Below, in pieces: positions 10,569-18,407 of a stretch of DNA of 64,000 bases. This DNA is from a virus (taxonomy: Duplodnaviria; Caudoviricetes): positions 1-64,000 of IMG/VR virus record IMGVR_UViG_3300032330_002177, one strand, 5' to 3'. The position numbers and the translations under genes are program-made. Each line of letters opens with the position of its first letter. The stretch's first letter is position 1. The notes below the pieces were generated by a model that saw only the letters and a list, made by a program, of their open reading frames with translations, searched no databases and was not told where the DNA came from.

Positions 10569-10907
10569 ATGAATATAATATATGGAATAATATGGGGTGT
10601 GTTAGCTCAAATAGCTACATTTATGCAGTTGCAAGGTCAACTTAAATTTGAATGGATGAAACAACATACATGGGCTGTTGTATTAATGGGTATTCCTATT
10701 TCATTTATGTTTATGCAATCAGTAAAGAATTTTGTATTAGCATTTGGAGGTGAAATATGGCCATCACGTTTACTTGGTTTTGGTATTGGAGTCATTATAT
10801 TTACTATAATGTCTGAATTAATGTTTAAGGAACCATTTACATTAAAAACAGGTATATGTTTATTTTTAGGGCTATTAATTATTTTAACACAATTATTTTG
10901 GAAATAA
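10569..10907 (+). CDS. Small four-helix membrane protein (DMT/SMR-like topology)
   Basis: Four hydrophobic segments; late FKEP motif. Confidence 0.55.
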   Translation: MNIIYGIIWGVLAQIATFMQLQGQLKFEWMKQHTWAVVLMGIPISFMFMQSVKNFVLAFGGEIWPSRLLGFGIGVIIFTIMSELMFKEPFTLKTGICLFLGLLIILTQLFWK

Positions 10908-10908
10908 T

Positions 10909-11640
10909 ATGAATAAAAACACATTAACATCAGTTATTGATAAGTACTATTTAAACGGTATAGTAGAGTCAGTTAAATGGGATATTAAAGATAAAGCAAT
11001 AACAGTTGACTTTATTACACCATTTAAAAATTTAGTTGGTAAAGTAACTAGTCCTAATTTTGATCTAGATGATAGCGAAATAGGAATATATAATACTAGT
11101 CAATTTTATAAATTAATTAAGATAATGAATAATACAATTATCTTAAACTTAAATAAAAGTGATAGAGGCACTCCACTTGAGCTAACATTAGCTGATAATC
11201 AATATGATTTGAATTATTATCTATCAGATTTAAATTTAATAGAAACAGTACCTACAATTAATGAGCCTATTAATTATGATGTTACATTATCTGTTTCAAA
11301 TGAATTTATAAGCAAATTTATTAACGCTAAAAAAGCATTAGGTGATATTAAACAATTTACTATTAAAGCAGAAAAAGTAGATGATGAAATGAGTTTATTA
11401 ATCACTATTGGTGATGGTAATGGATACGCTAATAAGATTAAATTTAGAAACCCATGTGAAGCTATTATTGGCTTAGGAGAAATACCATTTCCTGTAGATG
11501 TAATGACTGAAGTATTAAAAGCTAATGAAGACGCAACTGATGGTACTATAGAGATTAGTAATGAAGGATTAATGAAATTAACATTTAAAGAAGATTCTAT
11601 AGAATCTATTTATTATCTTGTTCGTCTTTCAACAAACTAA
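10909..11640 (+). CDS. Sliding clamp (T4 gp45-like)
   Basis: 243 aa, acidic, downstream of PolB; C-terminal ISNEGLMKLTF...YYLV. Confidence 0.7.
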   Translation: MNKNTLTSVIDKYYLNGIVESVKWDIKDKAITVDFITPFKNLVGKVTSPNFDLDDSEIGIYNTSQFYKLIKIMNNTIILNLNKSDRGTPLELTLADNQYDLNYYLSDLNLIETVPTINEPINYDVTLSVSNEFISKFINAKKALGDIKQFTIKAEKVDDEMSLLITIGDGNGYANKIKFRNPCEAIIGLGEIPFPVDVMTEVLKANEDATDGTIEISNEGLMKLTFKEDSIESIYYLVRLSTN

Positions 11641-11669
11641 TATATTTATATATATAAAAATGAGATGAC

Positions 11670-12196
11670 ACGGTAGGTCTCTCAGTTACAAATAATAATT
11701 AACCGCTACCTTAGGGGGCACAAAACTAAAACAAAATGACACAATTACAAACGTGGGCAATGGACCCATTTGACATCGTTTGGAAAAACTTTATGAATTC
11801 CAATTCGACATTTAGCACACTACAAGAAAAAATCAACTACCCAGTTGATATTTATGAAACAGAAAACGGGTTACGATTTGAATTAGCCGTAGTAGGTCTT
11901 ACAGAAACAGATCTCGATATCCAAACCGACGGTGATACACTAAGAATTAAACACGACAGATCAGACCAAGAACCACCTCTTGACACTTACTATCAAAAAG
12001 GAATAGCTAGACGTTCATTTGATTTAGCTTGGAAAATCTCATCTAAACTTAATTTAAATAAACTAGAAGCCACATTAGATAAAGGTCTATTAATTATTGA
12101 TGTTCCTTACGCTGCTGAAAAAGCACCTAAGAAAATCGAAATTAAATCAATCAATAAACAAATCCTAAAAGGATAATTTAAAAAGAGACCTACCGT
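11670..12196. repeat. Perfect 13-bp inverted repeat bracketing the hsp20 gene
   Basis: ACGGTAGGTCTCT (11670-11682) and AGAGACCTACCGT (12184-12196). Confidence 0.85.
11736..12176 (+). CDS. Small heat-shock protein (Hsp20/alpha-crystallin)
   Basis: YPVDIYE, KGIARRSF, LDKGLLIIDVP, C-terminal KIEIK. Confidence 0.92.
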   Translation: MTQLQTWAMDPFDIVWKNFMNSNSTFSTLQEKINYPVDIYETENGLRFELAVVGLTETDLDIQTDGDTLRIKHDRSDQEPPLDTYYQKGIARRSFDLAWKISSKLNLNKLEATLDKGLLIIDVPYAAEKAPKKIEIKSINKQILKG

Positions 12197-12207
12197 TAAT
12201 TTTAGTT

Positions 12208-12417
12208 ATGATTACTAAACAACTTATTAATTTTAATAATAATCAATTTATTTTAAAGTACCGTATTCCAGATGATCCAAAATATACTAATGAAAAACTA
12301 GATGTATTAAATATACTTTATAGTTCAAATAAAGTGTTAAGAAAAGATGGTTTTTTATGGTTTTTAGAACAAATTGAAGATGTTGAAGTAATAACTTGGC
12401 TGCCGAAAGAAAATTAA
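12208..12417 (+). CDS. Hypothetical protein
   Basis: ORF with agttATG start context. Confidence 0.55.
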   Translation: MITKQLINFNNNQFILKYRIPDDPKYTNEKLDVLNILYSSNKVLRKDGFLWFLEQIEDVEVITWLPKEN

Positions 12418-12437
12418 TTACATTTAAAATAAAACAT

Positions 12438-12728
12438 ATGAGTAAATTAATTCCACAAAATGGAAATGTTATCATCAAGCCTATAGAAGAGCAAGAGCAA
12501 ACTATCGGCAACATTGTCATCCCAGACATGGGAAAAGAAAGACCTGAAATAGGAGAAGTAATTGCTACCAGCGATACTTTCAATTGGAGCAAAGGAGAAT
12601 TTCTTCCAAGTGCCTTATTACCAGGACAAAAAGTACTTATTCCTAAAATGGGATCAGTTAAAATATCAGTAGATGGAGAAGATTATTTTATAACCAAAGA
12701 AACAGAAATATTAGCAGTTTATGAGTAA
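12438..12728 (+). CDS. groES: Co-chaperonin GroES
   Basis: LIPQNGNVIIKP, GNIVIPD, EILAV; ATG at 12438 preferred. Confidence 0.92.
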   Translation: MSKLIPQNGNVIIKPIEEQEQTIGNIVIPDMGKERPEIGEVIATSDTFNWSKGEFLPSALLPGQKVLIPKMGSVKISVDGEDYFITKETEILAVYE

Positions 12729-14367
12729 AATTATTGTATATAACACAGACGCAAGACAAAAACTAGCTGACGGGATTGAAAAATTATCCAAAGCAGTAGT
12801 TACAACATTAGGCCCATTCGGTAGAAATGTTATAATTGAAAAAGAAAATGAATTACCACAATCTACAAAAGACGGAGTTACAGTTGCTAAGTCAATTCAA
12901 CTTAAAGATCCAATTGAAAATATTGGAGCAGAAATTGTTAAGCAAGCAGCGATACGCTCAGCCAACACTGCAGGTGATGGAACTACTACTACTACTTTGT
13001 TAGCCAATGAAATGGTTCAAGAAGGATTAAGTAAAATTAGATCTGGAGCCAACGCAGTTGAAATTAAAAAAGGTATTGATAAAGCAGTTAAACAAGTAAC
13101 TGAAGCTTTAAAATCAAATAGTAAAGATATTTCATCAGAAGAACAATTAAAACAAGTAGCTGCAATTTCATCTAATAATGATGACTTCACAGGTAATCTA
13201 ATCGCTACCGCTTTAGAAAAAGTAGGTCGTGATGGAGTAGTAGCTATTGAAGAAAGTAAAACAGGTGAAACAACACTTGAGGTAGTTGAAGGTATTCAGT
13301 TTGATAGAGGATATAAATCACCTTACTTTGTTACTAATAATAACACAATGGAAGCAGTGGTTGACAACCCATATATTTTAATTTATGATGGTCGTATCAC
13401 AACAGCAGCTGAATTATTAAATGTACTTCAAAAAGTAAATAGTGAAAATAAATCATTATTGATTGTAGCTGAAGATATTGATGGTGAAGCATTAGCAACA
13501 CTTATTGTTAATAAAATGAGAGGTATTGTTAAAGTAGTAGCTGTTAAAGCTCCTGATTATGGTGAACGTAGAACATTATTATTAGAAGATTTAGCTATTG
13601 TTACTGGTGGTCAAGTCATTAGTAAAGAAAAAGGATTAAAACTAGACAAACTAAATGTATCTCAATTATCAACTTATTTAGGTAAAGCAAGAACAGTTAA
13701 TGTATCTAAAGATAAAACAACTGTTGTTGATGGTAAAGGAACAGAAGAAGATATTAGTGCTAGAGCGGAAGAAATTAAAACACAAATTGATACTGCTCAA
13801 TCAATGTTCGAGAAAGAAAAATTACAAGAACGTTTAGGTAAATTAGTAGGTGGAGTTGCTATCATCAATGTAGGTGGTAATAATGAAATTGAGTTAAAAG
13901 AATATAAAGATAGAGTTGAAGATGCTTTATTCGCTACTCGCGCTGCGGTTGAAGAAGGAGTATTACCAGGTGGAGGAGCAGCATTATTATATGCTAGAGA
14001 AGCTATCACTTATAGTAAAGATGAAAGTGATGATATTATTGTAGGTAAGAAAATTGTCTACTCAGCTTTATCATCTCCATTCACTACTATTTTAGAAAAC
14101 GCTGGTTATACCAATTCAACTTATTATTTATATGAACTAGGTAAAGACGCTTTATCCAACACTTGGAACGGATATGATCTAAAATCTGAAACAATAGTTG
14201 ATATGCTTAAAGCAGGTATTTTAGATCCAACTAAAGTAACGCGTTTAGCGGTTGAAAACGCAGCAGCAGTTGCTGGCACAGTATTAACAACAGAAACAGT
14301 TATTCATGACGAACCATCTGAAACTAAAAAAGATGAAGGAATGAACATGATGAATGGAATGATGTAA
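12721..14367 (+). CDS. groEL: Chaperonin GroEL
   Basis: TLGPFGRNV, TKDGVTVAK, AGDGTTT, FDRGYKSPYF, Met/Gly-rich tail. Confidence 0.98.
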   Translation: MSKIIVYNTDARQKLADGIEKLSKAVVTTLGPFGRNVIIEKENELPQSTKDGVTVAKSIQLKDPIENIGAEIVKQAAIRSANTAGDGTTTTTLLANEMVQEGLSKIRSGANAVEIKKGIDKAVKQVTEALKSNSKDISSEEQLKQVAAISSNNDDFTGNLIATALEKVGRDGVVAIEESKTGETTLEVVEGIQFDRGYKSPYFVTNNNTMEAVVDNPYILIYDGRITTAAELLNVLQKVNSENKSLLIVAEDIDGEALATLIVNKMRGIVKVVAVKAPDYGERRTLLLEDLAIVTGGQVISKEKGLKLDKLNVSQLSTYLGKARTVNVSKDKTTVVDGKGTEEDISARAEEIKTQIDTAQSMFEKEKLQERLGKLVGGVAIINVGGNNEIELKEYKDRVEDALFATRAAVEEGVLPGGGAALLYAREAITYSKDESDDIIVGKKIVYSALSSPFTTILENAGYTNSTYYLYELGKDALSNTWNGYDLKSETIVDMLKAGILDPTKVTRLAVENAAAVAGTVLTTETVIHDEPSETKKDEGMNMMNGMM

Positions 14368-14372
14368 TTTTT

Positions 14373-14398
14373 TGACCTAAAATATCTTTATATATTTA
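14373..14398 (+). promoter_or_regulatory. TGACC-N13-TAnnTTTA promoter heading the lipoprotein/RNA cluster
   Basis: TGACC-TAAAATATCTTTA-TATATTTA; same 13-nt spacing as at least 17 other copies. Confidence 0.7.
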
Positions 14399-14435
14399 TT
14401 ATATAATAATTAATTAAAAACAAAAATAAAAAAAA

Positions 14436-14603
14436 ATGAACAAATTTATCGCAATTGTAGCTCTTGTAGCTCTAGCATCATGTGGTGGAAGTACAACTAC
14501 AGAAACAACAACAACAGATTCAATAACAGTTAAAGCCGATACATCAGCTGTAGTTGATTCTACTAAAGCTGCTGATACAGTAAAAATCAAAATCGCTAAG
14601 TAA
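14436..14603 (+). CDS. Small lipoprotein (55 aa)
   Basis: Hand-translated MNKFIAIVALVALASCGGSTTTETTTTDSITVKADTSAVVDSTKAADTVKIKIAK*; lipobox LAS-C. Confidence 0.8.
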   Translation: MNKFIAIVALVALASCGGSTTTETTTTDSITVKADTSAVVDSTKAADTVKIKIAK

Positions 14604-14610
14604 TTAGCTC

Positions 14611-14729
14611 ACAGAAGTGGCGGAATCGGTTATATATCTAGTAATAAACCAGCGTTAGACGTATACCATAGTAATATGGTAGGGAATTAGAGTAATCTTC
14701 CCGTGTGAGTGCGAGTCTCACCTTCTGTA
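14611..14729 (+). ncRNA. tRNA-like RNA without a canonical anticodon loop
   Basis: Acceptor ACAGAAG/CTTCTGT+A; T arm GTGAG-TGCGAGT-CTCAC; Leu-type D arm with insert; anticodon arm TACCATA-GTAA-TATGGTA. Confidence 0.7.
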
Positions 14730-14750
14730 CAATTTAGTTCTTTAATTTAC

Positions 14751-15324
14751 GGGGATGACTTGGTATTTGATCCGGATGATAAGGATAATATCACACGCAG
14801 AGGTATGGTTCTATTCCTCTTTAATCACTGAACAAAACTATAAACGACAACAAAATCGCTCGTCAAGAAGAAGGTGCCTCTATTATCAACATGGCTTTTG
14901 CTAATGTAGCTATGGCTGCCTAGGATCTACGGATCTTTTCTTTCCCTGGCAACTTGGGTGAAACAGTAAGTTGTGAATTGAGTTTTCTTAGTTGAACCAG
15001 CTAATCAATTGAGTGGTGGAGCGGCCGAAAGGTCCCAATAACTTACGGTGCAGTAGAAATACAGTACTAAGCGTGTGAGACGTTGGTATTATTGTTACTT
15101 TCGGAGACCCGGGTTCAAGTTGGACCTCCTTACTAGGAATGGTAAGGTAATAAAGTGGGTGAATTCGGTGAAAGCAGCAGCTAATACCGAGCCAAGCTAA
15201 GAGTACACTCTTAGAAGGTGTAGAGACTACCTGAGTAGTAAAGACTACTTAATAACAGGCAAGAGCGCCCACCAGTCAGAACGGCTGATGAGATAGTCCA
15301 TAAATGCGACTCCCGGCATCTCCA
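14751..15324 (+). ncRNA. ssrA: tmRNA interrupted by a group I intron
   Basis: Acceptor GGGGATG/CATCTCC+A with G3:U; tag ORF 14846-14923 ending VAMAA-TAG; T arm CCGGG-TT^CGACT-CCCGG restored by removing 15116-15306. Confidence 0.93.
15116..15306 (+). mobile_element. Group I intron (IC3-like, 191 nt) in the tmRNA T-loop
   Basis: Exon ends in U and intron ends in G; P1 GGUU^C/GGACC with U:G; core GAATTCGGTGAAA, AATACCGAGCCAAG, GTAGAGACTA, GAGATAGTCC; P3 GTGGGTG/CGCCCAC. Confidence 0.9.
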
Positions 15325-15378
15325 CAAGTTCCTATCGTCTCCCCAAATTTTCATATATTTATTGGAAACAATAATTAT

Positions 15379-15858
15379 ATGAAAACGGGAACGAAGGAAT
15401 ATTATTCTGAATATTATCGAGATAATAAGGAAAAGCATAAAGCTAGAATGAAAGATTATAGACAGGATAATGAAAAAATACAACTTTATGAGGCAGAGTA
15501 TCATAAACAGAAATATCAAAAAATAAAAACAGAAACCGATATTAATGTTTTAAGAGAAAAATGGAACCAACAATCAAAAATTAAAAATAAACAACGAAGA
15601 GAATTTATTAATGAATATAAATCTAAATGTTGTTGTAGTAAATGTGGAGAAAATAGACCATATATTTTAGATTTCCACCACATTGATCCATCTCAAAAAT
15701 CATTTGATTTAGGTGATGCTACTAAACACAGTGTTGATAAACTTAAATTAGAATTAGAAAAATGTATCACGTTATGTCGTAATTGTCATAGTGAATTTCA
15801 TTACTTTGAAAAAGAACAAGGTATTACACTTAATGAATATTTAAATACAGTGGCGTAG
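15379..15858 (+). CDS. Free-standing HNH endonuclease (homing-type)
   Basis: CSKCG...LDFHHIDP...CITLCRNCHSEFH; ATG at 15379; stop codon lies inside tRNA-Met. Confidence 0.85.
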   Translation: MKTGTKEYYSEYYRDNKEKHKARMKDYRQDNEKIQLYEAEYHKQKYQKIKTETDINVLREKWNQQSKIKNKQRREFINEYKSKCCCSKCGENRPYILDFHHIDPSQKSFDLGDATKHSVDKLKLELEKCITLCRNCHSEFHYFEKEQGITLNEYLNTVA

Positions 15859-15920
15859 AGCAGTGGTAGCTCACTAGGCTCATAACCTAGGGGTCGTTGG
15901 TTCAATTCCAACCGCCGCAA
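15849..15920 (+). tRNA. tRNA-Met(CAT), initiator-like
   Basis: Cloverleaf with CTAGG-CTCATAA-CCTAG; A1:A72 mismatch and A11-U24 pair; CCA not encoded. Confidence 0.92.
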
Positions 15921-15925
15921 CTATT

Positions 15926-15952
15926 AAGCAATCAGAAATGGTTGCTTTTTTT
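15926..15952 (+). terminator. Intrinsic terminator
   Basis: AAGCAATCA-GAAA-TGGTTGCTT followed by a T run. Confidence 0.8.
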
Positions 15953-15996
15953 ATTGTTTATTTTATATTTATATGTGAACAATAAAATTTAAATAT

Positions 15997-16200
15997 ATGA
16001 AATTCTCATGGAAGGGTTATTGGTCACCAACACCAAAAAGTATTAGAAAAATAGCTGACTCTATATTAGCAGGGGCTACTTTAGCGTCAACATTTGCTGT
16101 GATGAATGATTATCCTAAATTAGCAACTTGGATAATGGTTATATCTGTGGTAGCAAAAGTGTTATCAAATTTTTTCACAGATGATCCAGTTGACCAATAA
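15997..16200 (+). CDS. Small two-helix membrane protein, holin-like
   Basis: YWSPTPKSIRKIAD then two hydrophobic helices. Confidence 0.5.
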   Translation: MKFSWKGYWSPTPKSIRKIADSILAGATLASTFAVMNDYPKLATWIMVISVVAKVLSNFFTDDPVDQ

Positions 16201-16243
16201 CAATTATATTTTTGACCTTAACTAATAATTTATATTTAGTTAT

Positions 16244-16480
16244 ATGGAAAAAAATAACCCACCACCAGTTTATCCAAAAACAGATCCAGAGTATAAAAAA
16301 CGGGTCATGGAAGCGCTTTATAAAAAAGTAAGAGAAACAAATTGGAGTTATGATGAAAATGGATATCAAGGTAAACCACGAGGTAGAAAAGCTAAAGTAA
16401 TTACTCGTGCGGAAACAAAACCTAGAACTAAATCAGAAGAACAAGCATTAACAAATAAATTTTTTAATTTCAATAAATAA
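16244..16480 (+). CDS. Small basic protein with AT-hook-like PRGRK
   Basis: ORF follows the TGACC promoter at 16213. Confidence 0.55.
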   Translation: MEKNNPPPVYPKTDPEYKKRVMEALYKKVRETNWSYDENGYQGKPRGRKAKVITRAETKPRTKSEEQALTNKFFNFNK

Positions 16481-16485
16481 AAGTT

Positions 16486-17268
16486 ATGAATATAGTTTAC
16501 GACATTAACTCAGACACAGGTGTGATGAGACTAAAATTTAAAAAAGATTGTCTTAATCCATTAGGCAATAAAAAAGAAATTTTTGAAAAGTATATTTTAC
16601 CAATGTTAGCAATGAATGATAAATTCTTACTAACTGGTAGTTTATCTTTAAAATTATTAGGTTTTGAACCTATAGATGAAATAGGTGATTTTGATCTTGG
16701 GTTGCTATCTAAATTCACAGAAGATGATTATCATAATCTTAAAAGTTTCTTTAACTTACATGATAATATAAATGATAATCATTATAAGGATGTTCCTGAT
16801 AAACCATTTAAATTTGATGAAGATGCTCATTTATGGCAATTCTCAAAAGCATGGTCTGAATCAACTGATGATCCAGATATAGGTAAAGCTATGTTTTTTA
16901 AACTAGATATTTTTAATGATGAGATTATTCGTAAACGAGATGTACTCACAATATATTATGATGATTTTCCAATTAAGTTAGTACATCCAAGTATAACATT
17001 AAGTTATAGAATGAGATACGCTTTAGATGTTAGAGGTACTACAACATATAAATACTGGGAGAAAATGAAAGCGTTAATGGATAACGCTAAAAGTTATTAT
17101 AATAATTTAAGAGTAATTTCAAGAATGAATATGCGCATCCATGAACATAATTGTAGTGTAGAAAATAATAAAGATCGATTAGCCTATATTAAAGATTTAA
17201 TTCATAGAAGAGAACATAATATGGAAGAATTTTTAAAACAAGTATTTGGGGAAGATAATATATACTAA
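16486..17268 (+). CDS. Nucleotidyltransferase-superfamily protein
   Basis: LLTGSLSL...IGDFDL (hGS...DxD) and later KLDIF. Confidence 0.6.
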   Translation: MNIVYDINSDTGVMRLKFKKDCLNPLGNKKEIFEKYILPMLAMNDKFLLTGSLSLKLLGFEPIDEIGDFDLGLLSKFTEDDYHNLKSFFNLHDNINDNHYKDVPDKPFKFDEDAHLWQFSKAWSESTDDPDIGKAMFFKLDIFNDEIIRKRDVLTIYYDDFPIKLVHPSITLSYRMRYALDVRGTTTYKYWEKMKALMDNAKSYYNNLRVISRMNMRIHEHNCSVENNKDRLAYIKDLIHRREHNMEEFLKQVFGEDNIY

Positions 17269-17279
17269 TATTTATACAC

Positions 17280-17519
17280 ATGACAAAGTTAATTATTCCT
17301 GAAATAGATAAAGCGAATCATTTTATAACAGGTACAATTATATATTGCCTAGCTAGTTTATTTTTAACACCAATGGTAGCACTAGTTCCTGTAGTTATTA
17401 TAGGCGCAGCTAAGGAAGTGTATGATAAGTATTCAAAAAAAGGAACACCTGACATAATAGATTTTTTATATACAGTAGCTGGTGCATTACCAGTGTTATT
17501 AACAAATATAATAAAATAA
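17280..17519 (+). CDS. Small membrane protein (VanZ/YfiM-like)
   Basis: DKANHF...KEVYD...D pattern with hydrophobic helices. Confidence 0.55.
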   Translation: MTKLIIPEIDKANHFITGTIIYCLASLFLTPMVALVPVVIIGAAKEVYDKYSKKGTPDIIDFLYTVAGALPVLLTNIIK

Positions 17520-17520
17520 T

Positions 17521-17796
17521 ATGAAACAATTAAAATGGCTTATTGGAGCTGCCTTTGCAATAGGTATGCCTTTCCCAGTATTATTAACTGATCATCCACA
17601 TGAGTGGTGGTTTGCTTTTGTAGCATTAGCTAGTGCATTTATTGGTGCTGGAATCATGTGTGGGTTTAAAGGATACGCAGTCAACCCACGTAAAATAGGG
17701 AATGCTGATGCAATGCCTGTTATTAACCAAGTTTGGATGATGTTCTTTATATCCGCTGTTGTAAATCTATTCTGGGCTAATTTGTATATAGACTAA
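17521..17796 (+). CDS. Membrane protein
   Basis: Three hydrophobic segments. Confidence 0.6.
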   Translation: MKQLKWLIGAAFAIGMPFPVLLTDHPHEWWFAFVALASAFIGAGIMCGFKGYAVNPRKIGNADAMPVINQVWMMFFISAVVNLFWANLYID

Positions 17797-18395
17797 TGAT
17801 CAAACTAATCAGTATATTAAAAGAGATGGCTATCTCAAATGCCTGGTCTGGAGAGAAGGAAAAATTAGGAGAGGAGACAGATGCAGTAATTAATACCGCT
17901 ATGGCAATGGGAGAAAATACTCCGATACTTTGGAGAGGAACAGGAGGGGTTCCTATACCAGGTCAACGTTACTCAGTACCCCAACGAATTATGTATGTGA
18001 CTCCCAGAGGGACCACAGCATTTAAAGGTGGAACTGAAAATGCAATAAAAGTGCTACAATTATTAAAAGTAAAGCATCCTGTATTTGCTCATTTTGATAG
18101 AGATTCAACAAAACTTTTTGGAACACCATGTGCACTAGTGTTTGAACAACCCTATATAATACGTCAATCACCAGTAATTAATGATATAATGGCTGATACA
18201 GAAGGAAAAACTGAACAAGAACTTCAACAAGCAGCTAAATCTTATAAAAATATAAATGATACTGGACCGGTACATGATAAAAATGAACTTATAGTTGATG
18301 TCAAAAATTACTGGGCAATACCATGTGGGTCTGAAATTAAAACATATGGCGATTTAGTTGAATTATTAGAATCATATAAAACTAAATTTACTTAA
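17796..18395 (+). CDS. Hypothetical protein with MIKLxxILKE leader
   Basis: N-terminus MIKLISILKE; LWRG motif. Confidence 0.55.
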   Translation: MIKLISILKEMAISNAWSGEKEKLGEETDAVINTAMAMGENTPILWRGTGGVPIPGQRYSVPQRIMYVTPRGTTAFKGGTENAIKVLQLLKVKHPVFAHFDRDSTKLFGTPCALVFEQPYIIRQSPVINDIMADTEGKTEQELQQAAKSYKNINDTGPVHDKNELIVDVKNYWAIPCGSEIKTYGDLVELLESYKTKFT

Positions 18396-18407
18396 AAATA
18401 AAAATCA

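Noticed and set aside
14611-14729. Ordinary tRNA-Leu or tRNA-Tyr call
   Set aside because: No 7-nt anticodon loop with U33 can be drawn, and the D loop carries an insertion of roughly 25 nt
15304-15378. N-terminal extension of the HNH ORF from ATG 15304
   Set aside because: It overlaps the intron end and tmRNA 3' exon; ATG 15379 has the usual leader and an upstream TATATTTA motif
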